This document shows positions 53,696 through 64,000 of a stretch of 64,000 nucleotides of DNA, piece by piece. The DNA is from Yuukianura sp. NJ FZ-2021 (taxonomy: Eukaryota). The stretch is from assembly GCA_046563655.1 (NCBI GenBank), contig CM102285.1, positions 4,526,001 through 4,590,000 on the forward strand. The letters are read 5' to 3'. The notes beneath the pieces were generated by a model. The model made no database searches. It worked only from the letters and a program-made list of their open reading frames with translations, and was not told the origin of the DNA. The position numbers and the translations under genes were made by a program. How positions within the stretch are numbered: position 1 is the first letter of the stretch; each line of letters begins with the position of its first letter.

Positions 53696-54446
53696 ATGCA
53701 AAACTACTGGTTTGGAAATTCGCATCGACTGGCAGCTCTCCTCGTCGCAGCCATCGACTTGGTAAGTAGCATTTCCGGTTACCATAAATTGATTTGTGTT
53801 TTTAGTTTTTTTTTCATTTAAAACCTAGAATTGATTTGTTTTTGTAGACCAATGCCCTCATCCACGCTGCCACTGTCCTCATCGTCATTTTCTGTCCACA
53901 ACTATTCCTCAACGCATCAACACACACGTACTTCCTCTTCCCAGCAAATTACTTTCCAGATCTAAACGCATTCAGCAACGATCCGCTCCTCCCATTGGTC
54001 GCAATTGCCGCTGTCTTCGCAGCCGAAGCGTCACTGGTCGTCCTTTTGCTTTTTGGCATTCTCCAAGTAAGCAATTTCACGCCATTATGCAATACTTTTT
54101 TGAAGGCAGTTTAAGTTCAAAATTTTCACCAGTTCAAAACTTTCTCTGTTTTTTTAAACTTTTATTATAGAGGGATCCTGGCAAGTTGGACATTTGGACC
54201 AAGATCCGACTTGTGCTGCTCTGCCTGGGTACTTTCGGCTATGTTTTCGAAATGTCACTCATGCCCTTCCCAAGCTTGGGCCAAGTCACCTGGGTAACGT
54301 TGATTTTGCTCCTGGCGATTGCCTACAGAGGCTACAGCATCCTCATTGTCCGATCATTCAGAGCTGACCTCCTGTTTCTTCTCAATGGAGATGACCTGGG
54401 ACTGCGCCTCTATGCTACTCACGACACCCATGGGAATCCCATTTAG
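53696..54446 (+). CDS. Small four-TM membrane protein, paralogue B; exons 53696-53761, 53848-54066, 54171-54446
   Basis: MQNYWFGNSHRLAALLVAAIDL|...FAAEASLVVLLLFGILQ|RDPGKLDIWTKIRLVL...AYRGYSILIVRSF. Motifs and intron positions match paralogue A. Confidence 0.8.
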
Positions 54447-54717
54447 CAAAGCCTATTCCCCACTCTGCTTTTTTACAGTTAGACACTTAGGGATCTCAAA
54501 ATAAAATTATCATCCTTGCCCACATCCCGACTCTGACTGCGGTTTTCTTCTCATTGTGGTCACCAGATTCATTTAAGACAAAATAATCAGAACAGTCAGC
54601 TTACTAGACGCTTTCCAGCTCACAATTTCCAACGTCTTTTAATTTCCATACGTTTTTCTAATTGTCTTCAGCTAAATCCAGTGACTTCTCAAAGGTCATT
54701 CTTCGCTTCAGTAGACC

Positions 54718-55572
54718 ATGGGCAACGTTTTCAAATGTTGCGGGAGAAGTGGAAAGGCAGCCGTCAGGATTATTGCGTACATTGACATCGTAAGCCAGAA
54801 TTTAATCAAACATCAATAATTATTAATTTCTAACAACTCAATCTGAAAGAGAAAAACTTATATACTGATCTAGTCCTTTCTTCTCTAAACTTTCCTCTAC
54901 TTTTTTTTGAAATTTTGAAATTGACAGATACTGGCAATTTCGGTTATGATGGGATGGATCCTGTATTGCGCTCTGGAACCACGCATTGATCGTCCTCCAA
55001 CTGGAGCAGATAGGCCAATCAGCGGCAACCAAGGTACACATTCTAATTTTTTCAAAATTCTTGGCATAAAATTTCTAGAAATTCCTCTAAAATGAAAATT
55101 TTTTAAATTGAAAATGAAATTATGGTTGGACTAGGTACACCACAGATCGTGGGAATCATCTTAGCTTTAGCATTGTTCTTCGTGGAGTGTTGCCTCGCAA
55201 ATATCATCCTGAGTGCACTCAAAAATGTAAGCGACAATCAGAGAAACTTTTTTTTCGCTCCAAAATTGACAAAACAGCCTATAGAGATTGTTTTCTTTGT
55301 TTTAGAAAAACCCGGGACTTTGCGACAACTGGATCAAAATCCGATTGATTCTTCTGTGCCTCTTCGTCTTTAGCCTCCTGTATTGCCTGCCTTCTACTAG
55401 GTGGAGCGACATACTGCTTGTGATTGCGGTGGGTATTGTCTACATTCTGTACAGAGTCTATACGCTCCTTGTCGTCAAGCACTTCCAGAACGAAGTGTCG
55501 CCGAAGGACGTGTACAAAGTCCCCATCGAAATTATTCCCATGCACCCAATCATCTCTCCATCAACCCCATAG
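54718..55572 (+). CDS. Small four-TM membrane protein, paralogue C; exons 54718-54789, 54928-55033, 55135-55226, 55306-55572
   Basis: MGNVFKCCGRSGKAAVRIIAYIDI|...FFVECCLANIILSALKN|KNPGLCDNWIKIRLIL...LYRVYTLLVVKHF. Motifs and intron phases match paralogue A. Confidence 0.8.
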
Positions 55573-56142
55573 ACCTATCACCACCACTCAAACGTCAACG
55601 GACAATAGTTCAACGTTCCTCCTTCAAATTTCAGTTCACTTCCTTGATGAATTTTAATGATTAATTAAAACCTGCAATGATGCGTTTCTTCGTTTGAGAT
55701 CAATTCACAAGATAATTAATCATCATATAATGACAATGCCATTGGAATGCATTGGAACTTATGCCAACTTACACTAAAAATCGAATAACTTATATATTTA
55801 CAAACAACTTTTAATATTTTTTTCAAAAAAAGCAAGCGTTTTGTGTAAAGATAAAAAAAAATTAATAACTTTCACCTGTCAAACGCATCTTGAGTAATAT
55901 TTTAATATTTTGCTATGTATAACTCCAATTGATTACGCAATTTGAGTTAGGTTAGGTAATATGTTAAAATTTTGCCATATATAACTCGAATTGATTAAGC
56001 AAAGTAGTTTAGCATGTAGGTCGAGCTTAGGAACCATTTCAATTTGCCCAATTTTCTTTATGGCTGGTGTTACTGTACAGCGACGTCGAATTTACTGAAA
56101 ATTTGCCACGATCATTTTCTGAAGTGTCGTGGATTTTACATA

Positions 56143-57981
56143 TTAGACCACGGAGTTGTCTAAGAAGACGGGCATGCGCCGACCGTAAGTGGTTGACTCT
56201 GTTGCTGTTGTCGTGGATGGAGATGAGGTCATTGGCGTTGGGGTTGTTGTCATCGGAGTCATCGTCGTCGTTGTTGTTGTTGAATATTTCAACGTGTCCA
56301 ACGGAGCACTGTCTCCGTCCCGTTCAGTAACAATTTGGCTGCAACTGGTTCCATTCAGTTTTAAACCTTCTGCACATTCGCATTCTCCAGCGACTTTTGG
56401 GTTATTTTGAACACAAATTGCTCCATGAACACATTGAGGGCCATCTTGAGCATCACACCGGGAACCAACCAATCCCAAGCACTTCCGCAGAGTAGGATCA
56501 AACGAGGTCAAGGTGTCTGGGCATGAGCAAATTCCGTTACGACATTCAAGATCTGCTGCAGAGTCACACGGGACGAAGTCTCCATAGTCACACGTAGTGT
56601 TCCAAGCCCTTTCACATCGTCCGTTGCCATTTGGAACAAAGTTGGGTTCACATCTACATTGTTTTTGCTCTGATTTTTTATTAAATTCGCAAACTGAGTT
56701 TGGCAAACATTCCGCATTTTCTGAGCAAAATGAGGAAGAAATTCCCAAACATTTTTGAAGGGTGGAGCTATACTGTTGGTGTCTGATTTGGGCACAATTA
56801 CAGACTCCGTTTGTGCAGACAAAAGCGTCAGAACATGGTGTTGTCCTTGAGCAAGGTTGACCGTGACCTACTCCGCAAGTTCCAGTTGAAGTCGGAGAAA
56901 AGGTGTTGTCGCATACGCAGATGCCGCCGGAACATGTTGAGTTTTTCACGCAATTTCCATCAGGATTACACAGTCGTCGTGCCAGGCCGACGCACTGAGC
57001 AAAAACATCGGTTTCGGATTTGTAAACTGTTTTTCTTATGGTACCGGTCCCATGATATTGACCTGAGACCCATATTCCATAGACAACTTGCTCTGAGGCA
57101 TATTCTATGTATGCAGATGAATTGTGCCCCAGAGGATTCCGTCTTGCTCGTCCATAAACGCTGACGTCAATTGTACTTTCGGTAACTCTTAACTTTTCAA
57201 AATTTTGAAAAACAGAGTTTTCTGGACGACATCCGCATTTTCCATTTACGCAAGTCAAAAACTTTCCAGCAAACTTACATTCTGCATCTTTCGAGCAAGT
57301 TGCATCCAAATCCTTTTTCTCATAACATCTCCCATCTTCTCCAGCATAAAAGTCCTCGGCGGGAGTACATTTGCAAACGCCCATTTCAAGAACTGTCCCT
57401 TCTACACAAGAGGTGTCTCCTGAAAGTCGTTTTCCTGCTTTCCCTACACACATGGTAGGTATGGAGTCGTTGTTTGATTTTGCATAAATGTGCTCTCGGT
57501 CAGAAGCGCAGAGACATTGACCTTCAATGCAGAATAGAAGCTTAGACTCTTTACATTCGGCACTCGATACGCAAGTGGCGTTGAACTCTTTTTGCTCTTG
57601 ACAATAACCGTCCACAGTTTCGTAGTATCCAGGGGCGCATGAGCAAGTGAAACCATTTGCGCAATGAGCATTGGCTACGCAGTCAGTGTTTTCGTAGAGG
57701 GCAAGTCCAACCTTGTCCGCAGTCAAATCCGAAAGCTGGAATTTGCAGCGTTCGCCTGATCTTGAGACACATTTTGCACGAGCCTGGTCGTAGACCATGT
57801 TTTCCATGATACATTTGCAAATTGAACTTTGACATGTCAGCCATCCTCCCTTGTCACACTTGGTTGTTTCGTTGCAAAATTGACCAAAGGAACTTCGTTG
57901 AAGTGCCTGGCCTATGACACATTGTACAAAAGTTAATGTAAAAAGCAGAAGCACTATGGCAGTTATAAGTCGATTTTCCAT
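56143..57981 (-). CDS. Secreted cysteine-rich protein with tandem EB/EGF-like modules and a Thr-rich tail (612 aa, single exon)
   Basis: Long ORF with a signal peptide and repeated CxxxxxC...LxCxxGxCxC modules. Confidence 0.88.
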   Translation of the reverse strand: MENRLITAIVLLLFTLTFVQCVIGQALQRSSFGQFCNETTKCDKGGWLTCQSSICKCIMENMVYDQARAKCVSRSGERCKFQLSDLTADKVGLALYENTDCVANAHCANGFTCSCAPGYYETVDGYCQEQKEFNATCVSSAECKESKLLFCIEGQCLCASDREHIYAKSNNDSIPTMCVGKAGKRLSGDTSCVEGTVLEMGVCKCTPAEDFYAGEDGRCYEKKDLDATCSKDAECKFAGKFLTCVNGKCGCRPENSVFQNFEKLRVTESTIDVSVYGRARRNPLGHNSSAYIEYASEQVVYGIWVSGQYHGTGTIRKTVYKSETDVFAQCVGLARRLCNPDGNCVKNSTCSGGICVCDNTFSPTSTGTCGVGHGQPCSRTTPCSDAFVCTNGVCNCAQIRHQQYSSTLQKCLGISSSFCSENAECLPNSVCEFNKKSEQKQCRCEPNFVPNGNGRCERAWNTTCDYGDFVPCDSAADLECRNGICSCPDTLTSFDPTLRKCLGLVGSRCDAQDGPQCVHGAICVQNNPKVAGECECAEGLKLNGTSCSQIVTERDGDSAPLDTLKYSTTTTTTMTPMTTTPTPMTSSPSTTTATESTTYGRRMPVFLDNSVV

Positions 57982-58146
57982 TTCAAATTGGGAAACAAAA
58001 AGGATTCCGGATTTATGGGATTGAAATTTTTTCAGTTAGAAATGGTGATATGTTTATGGTTAGAATACAAAACTGCTTCTGCTTTGTGTTATTTTGTGAA
58101 ACGACGATGTCGAAATTGTTGAGAGTTACTGCTCCTCAGATGACAT

Positions 58147-59306
58147 TAGAGCTTCAATGTTCGAACGGTTTTGGTGATGTTCGAATAACGAACATTTGTT
58201 CGAACTTTGAAACGAAAAGTTCGAAGCTTCGAACACTTGAGGTCATCTTATTTTCTATGTACCCCTTCATTACCGTATATTGTAAAATCGAGCAGCACTT
58301 GTAGTGTAGCACAAAATATTCAAAATATGCTTATTTGGGTTGATTTAATCTTAACCTAAGTAGACATCATCGTAAATCTGAAAATGAGAACGAAGTATGC
58401 AAAGGCTGTCCACCGTTACCCCCAAGGTTGATGAACAAAAATACTTTTTCTTTAACAGTTTCGGCAATAACTCGACTTTTAACTTTTTTGCACAAAATTA
58501 AAAAAACTGAATTCACGCAGTTTCATTCTGCCTTGGTATGTTGGTATCAAAGATTTTTAAACAAAACTTTTCCTAACTAGATGCGAAATGAAGGCCATTT
58601 TAAACAAAATTTTTGAAGCCAATGTTTGCCAACGTTTCTCCTGACAACTCGCTGAAATTCATTAAACTTAAGGATGGTTCACACAGCATCCTATTCTTGC
58701 AGTTTCATGTTTCACAAATAGCTAATTACTGTAAAGAGCACTACTGTCCTCTTATAACACACACAAGTCATTTCCCAAACTTTGATATATTGTGGATCAC
58801 TGTATGACATTCCTACGCTGAACAAGTCACTTCAAAATTGTTCACTTCATTTTCACCCACAGTTTCCATGGTAGGTGCAAGCCTTAATCCTTCAAATGCA
58901 AGCGGTTTTGTCCGCCAGCGTTCGCCAACAAATTGGCTTCAAATTTTTTGTTGAAATCAGGCCATATTTCCTCTCTAGTTAGAGCAAAAACCTACAAAAT
59001 CACCTTGACAACTCTCTGGTTGGTATGGTAAATGGAATTAAAAAATTGAGAGAGATGGTGTTTGAATTGGCAAATTCATGCTAGAAAAAGAAAAAAAGGT
59101 AGAAAAATGGTAAAAAAAAAATTGTTTGACTCAAGCTTTTTGAAAACCTGAGTGATTGCCTAACTTGTTAAAGAAAGTTCAATTTGGTCTAATTTTATGC
59201 CTCACTGTTCGAACAGTTAGACCCATAGTTCGAACATCGAACACTAAAAAAAAGAGGCGTTCGAAGCGAACTGTTCGAACCGAACAGTTCGAACGTTGAA
59301 GCTCTA
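58147..59306. mobile_element. Non-autonomous hAT-type MITE (1160 bp)
   Basis: TIRs TAGAGCTTCAATGTTCGAAC / GTTCGAACGTTGAAGCTCTA (19 of 20 match). Perfect 8 bp TSD GATGACAT at 58,139-58,146 and 59,307-59,314. Multiple subterminal (G)TTCGAA(C) motifs and no transposase ORF. Confidence 0.92.
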
Positions 59307-59867
59307 GATGACATTCAAACGCCTTGCATTTTTACGACAAAAGACGAACGAAGACCAATGACTCAGCGTAGCGTCTCCTTGTCATGAGACTTATACAACG
59401 CTTTCTGACCTTTGGCCTCAACCTTTTGTAAACGCCAAGTTAGCTAAGCTGAAACTAATATTAACTTGCATTGGCTGAGTCCACACAATTCAAGATAACG
59501 TGTTTTCTACTTATCTTTCTTGTGTGCTTCAACTTCTACCCAAAGTTCAAAACGAACCCACGTTTATGCAGCATCAGCATGTGAGATCATGAAGGCAGAA
59601 AATGTCGCTGCAAACATTTTTTACTCTGAACTTGTTGATTACTTTATTTGAGTAAAAAAAATCGCATTCAATTACACGAATAAAAATAAATCCGGAGCTA
59701 AAATCGCACAAGGAAATGAGAAACGTGATGTCGTTTCATTTTTTTCAATTTTGGAGGGAAAATAAAACCTGACTTATTACCTAACCTTTTAAAGAAAAAA
59801 CTATTTTCCTGTTTACGAGCCTTGACCCGCACTTTGGGTTGTTAAAAATACAAAAAACATGACCTAC

Positions 59868-60386
59868 CAGAGAGTGAGGCTACCGGGATGGTCCAGGCGG
59901 GGGTAGCGTCTCCCTTCTCAGGAGGAGGGGTAGAGGTCACTGGTGGGTGCGGCGGACACTCAAACCCACTGTCAACCCAGAAGTAGATGTCCCACCCGGG
60001 AGGATCCACGTCTGGGTTGAAGCAGCTCCGCTGCCAATCTTCCTTTCCTTCCCCCCACCTACAACCGACGATCTGGAGGCAGGTGGGGCATTCCTGTGCC
60101 AAACCGCACGTTGACCTGGTGGTCTCTCCGCCTTGGCAGGCAAGTGCTGCCAACAGGAGCACGAGGCATGCCTGTAATTAAAAAAATAACATTGCATGCT
60201 TTATTTTTACTTAATTTTAGATTAGACTAGATTAGGTATGAATGCATTTTTAGAAAGTTAGGGTAAATTAGATTAGTTAGTTTAGGTAGGATTACTAGGT
60301 TACGGAATAGGCTAAGTTTTTAAATCAGATTATATGTTTTTGTTCTAGTTTGTAAGTATAATTTTAAGTCTCACCTTGATTGACAT
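59868..60386 (-). CDS. Small secreted/membrane protein with a PSI-like Cys domain and Pro-rich stalk; exons 60386-60375 and 60171-59868, 3' exon uncertain
   Basis: Splicing gives signal peptide MSIK|ACLVLLLAALACQG, then CGLAQECPTCLQIVGCRW...SC...FEC, PPHPPVTSTPPP and the start of a hydrophobic segment WTIPVASLS before a GTAGG donor. Confidence 0.55.
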
Positions 60387-61573
60387 GACCTTGACTTGCC
60401 CCTCACAGTATTTCCTTTTTCTTCCTTGACTTTGAACTTTTGACTTTTAACGTTTCTGACCTGATCTTGACGACGACGGACTGACTTCTTCGTCTTCTTC
60501 TTCCCTTTCACAAAGTAGACCACAAACTGGAACAAAAACGAAAACAAAGCCACGAGAACTATCCAATTTTCGGCATTTCATCCACGGCTGGATATCCAGT
60601 GGAAGAAATAGACGAAATAGGGGTGGAGCTTTGCCAGCGGGGTTTGAAGTAATTAAACACAACAAACTTAAACAATTCAAAATACCCTACAAAAATGAGG
60701 GAAATATCGTTTTTTGTATAATTTTTAATTAATTAATTTTAACAATGAAGGAAACCCTATGTCATATTATTTTGTAATTTTTTTGATTTTTTTTTTAATT
60801 CGGCGCTAAATTCTTAATTTCTTCCATCGACTAAAAGTTTCATTCATTTCGGGTGGTTTTCTTCCAGTGGATATCCAGTCGAAGTGGCAATTAATCCACT
60901 AGACCTTTAAGCGTCCACCAACACTGGACAAATTCCATAAAGTTGTTTTTGCTACTTAAATAAACACAGCCAGCTCTAAATAAATTCAACCACGACGCGA
61001 TCAATCTAACATTCTTGTCACAAGTATGATTTCAAAACGCTATTCTTTGTCGTCTTCGTGCTGTGTATTATTCGTGAAAAATTTAACACAAAACAGCAAT
61101 GTGATAAATGAGTCAGATTAGAGATAAGTTTCAAGGCAAATAGATTAATACTTTACGGATTAGTTTAAGGAATTTATTGGTTTTCATTCATACGGAAAAC
61201 CGCGTTTGTAACTTTTAATTTTCCCGCCACTTGAAGTCGTCTTTTTACTGAAACGTAGATAATCGCAATAGGAACCTTTTTCTTATTCTAAAATTGTTCA
61301 AAATCTGATCTCGAATCTTCAAATTTGAATTCAGTTTCAGTATCACAAAAATGAATGATGTTATGTAATTCCTAAGTCATAACAATTGGTTGAATTATTT
61401 TCAAAATTACCTATAAGGTCTTTGAAACATGAAAAGATATTGTAAAGCGTTTGTCTATATGTACATTACCAATGTATTTTTCAAGTACAGCTGTCAATAC
61501 ATCGACTCGTTGGCGATTCCTACCGATACTGTTAAAAATAAAATAAATTCTTGAGCATCTTGTCAACTTTTTT

Positions 61574-63055
61574 TTAATACAGCAGTTTAAAGAATACGTC
61601 CAAGTAAAAAATTATATCATCCCGTGCTAAGGTACAACGATGAAAATGAGTTTGACAATTCGCTTCAGAGTTCAACGTTGAATTTTGACCCTGCTCAACT
61701 TTCGTCGCATCTTGGAAGTTAAACTCCGTCGCTACAGTTGAGCTGGAATTATATGAACCAGCAGATGTGTTTGAACACTGCAAAAAACCTCGAGGAGGCG
61801 GCAATCTGAAAAAATGTGTATTTTAAAAATATTTTCAGTCGCGTCATACAACAGTAGTAATTGTTTGAGCTTTCATTTTTGTACTTCGGACAAACCTACC
61901 CTTTCAATACTGTTGAGAGGACGCCTACAAGTCCAGGCGGATATCGAAAGCGTTTCTTTTCTTTCACATCATTTGATAGGACACATAGCGTTTGAAGAAA
62001 GCATTGCTCTTTATCTAGCTTCTGAATCATCTTTGTACACAAAGCAGATGTCAGTCAACACAGTTTTAAATGAGTTTTAACGAGGAAGTTCTCACCGATA
62101 GTATTGACGCGATCACTTCAAAGTCCTTGTCGTCACAATTATTAGTACGTTCAGACGCCATACTTCGTCTTTTGCGTCCTGTAGGATCTCCGTGAAAGAA
62201 ATTGTTGATGTTAATAGGCAGGATTTCAATATAACGCAGAACAGCAATCTGATGAATAAAGTAAAACCACAATTAAGGAACATTTCGCAAGCAGGATTTT
62301 AATGGCTTACTTCAAAAACCATTTTAAAAACTCGCATCTATCTCAAAATTAAGCCGTTTTAGTAGTACTACTCTTTCCTAAACCTTGTCAAATAAAATCC
62401 ATAGCAGATAAAATGGCCGAAAAAATTGCAAACAAGAAAATGAAAGGAGCAAAAGTGAAAGGCAGAACTGAAAACACCCAACGTTAGCTCTCGTTTCTTT
62501 TCCTATTTTCTGTTGTTTCTGTTCATTTTACTTTTGATGTTTTCACTTTCTGACTTTCTTTCCTAACCCGGGCAGATACCGCGCGCTAAAAATTCACCTT
62601 GAACATGATGAGGCATAGGAAGATTGTTTCAAACATGGTAAGCGGCATGTACCATGGCGCAGACCACCCGTTCATTGATATGTTGCTGGGCCACAATGCT
62701 TTCGAATCCTGGATGAGATCTTGAAGAATGAGCACTGTTGACAACGGCAGCACATTTTGGAATCCAGTACTTCCGTAAAATTCCAGCACGGAATTCATGC
62801 TCGATATATTGATCACTGTACCTCAAATAATTTAATTTATTAGCCACACAAAGTTAATTGAAATTAATTCAACTATTAACTAGCTTTAAAGAGACAATCA
62901 ATTCATTCTAATACTTTTAGTGTTAACGTGCACTTAAACATTTGTAGTTTCTAAACAGAATGTCTTTACTTCGGCTCCCAATCTCTAAAAAAAACTTTCT
63001 TCAAAGAAGTTTTCTTCCCTAAAGATGAACAGCTCATTCTCATTCTCTGATGACC
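61574..63055 (-). pseudogene. Possible degenerate gene fragments of unknown family
   Basis: Several exon-like, higher-GC segments are bounded by splice-like signals. I could not assemble a stop-free reading frame. Confidence 0.25.
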
Positions 63056-63305
63056 TGTTACAAATTGCCAAATTATGCTAACCTACAGATCTACATTGAA
63101 AAAAAAAAATACATATGTAATGCGAGATTATGCTTATGTCGGTAGACTAGAATTTGAAATTAGTAGACTTAAAATGTAGGTTAGGAACATGAAAATTTAC
63201 ACGTAGATTTGCCAAACCCGTGTTGTTTTTGCATCTATAACCTTTTGTGTTCATTTTATTCATGTTTATTTTAGTACTCTTGTTTTCGTTTTAATCAGTG
63301 AATGA

Positions 63306-64000
63306 TTAGATACGTGGAGCTACGTTCTTGAGGTATTGCCCTTCGTAGTTTCCAGCGGGATTGTAGTTGGCAACCACAAAGGTTCCGCCGTTCCCAGCAG
63401 CTTTTGCAATTCCCAGTTCAGTAGAGGCCTTCCACACTACTTGACTAAAATGACCTAGAAATTCCGATAGCTTGGATTAGAATTTTTATCCTCCAGGATT
63501 ATGACACATTCATGTTTGAATTTCAATGTTATTTAAATATTACCAGTGTTGGGTTGGTAATCATTTTTGTCAAACTTGTAATCCTTCAATTCGCTGTACC
63601 AATAGCTAACAGGAGCATCGCCTTTATCGACAACCCCACTTGTCCAGTAAACGTTTTCTCCATAAGAAGAATCACTGTGGTCCAACTTCCCTTTGGCAGC
63701 AATTGTATTCACCCATTTTTGCGAAATCTTGCAAAGCTAAAAAATTAAGCATTAGTCAAAGCGAATATTCATTGTCATTGTAGTTTAAGAACGTAAGTAC
63801 AAATTCATTTTTTTTTGGTCATTTCTCTAATGTCAAATTGATTTGCCTTTTGTCAAAAAACGCGAATCGATGATTTTTTTAATACAGCCGGCTCATCTAA
63901 AACATATGCAAACGACTTAAGAGAAAGTTTGAAAAAGAAAGGCCTACCTTTTTGTTAAGGGTGAGAGGTGGAGCTCCGTGCTGCTTTCTAAAATCGTTGT
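63306..64000 (-). CDS. CAP superfamily (SCP/GAPR-1-like) protein, 5' end beyond window; exons >64000-63948, 63736-63544, 63454-63306
   Basis: The spliced translation NDFRKQHGAPPLTLNKK|LCKISQKW...LDHSDSSYGENVYW...WYSELKDY...NT|GHFSQVVWKASTELGIAKA...FVVANYNPAGNYEGQYLKNV carries the CAP signature motifs. Confidence 0.93.

Noticed and set aside
60215..60315. TTAGG-like telomeric repeats
   Set aside because: The sequence is degenerate and irregular TTAG/TAGG low-complexity DNA within an intron, not a tandem telomeric tract.
1..64000. Autonomous transposase or Rep/Helicase gene
   Set aside because: No ORF with HUH, helicase, DDE or RT motifs was seen. All elements here appear non-autonomous.

Overview
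This is eukaryotic, AT-rich invertebrate DNA. Short GT-AG introns and the gene families present suggest an arthropod, possibly a springtail (inference only). Bases 1-~37,930 are a highly homogeneous tandem satellite with a 181-183 bp unit. In its left half the array is punctuated by seven near-identical copies (six complete, one partial) of a ~1.24 kb non-coding element with Helentron/DINE-1 (HINE)-like architecture. All copies sit at the same TTTTT site of the monomer, forming a variable-length element-plus-satellite higher-order repeat. Bases 40.7-45.1 kb hold a nest of three HINE-like pieces, including a diverged relative of the same element inserted into a second, ~336 bp satellite. The rest is gene-dense. 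It contains a frameshifted chemoreceptor-like gene, a peritrophin-mucin, a secreted protein joining VEGFR/PVR-like Ig domains to EGF/dumpy-like modules, three tandem four-TM paralogues, an intronless Cys-rich EB-like gene with a hAT-type MITE just upstream, a small PSI-like gene and a partial CAP/GAPR-1-like gene. Exon structures were deduced by hand, and no database search was possible.
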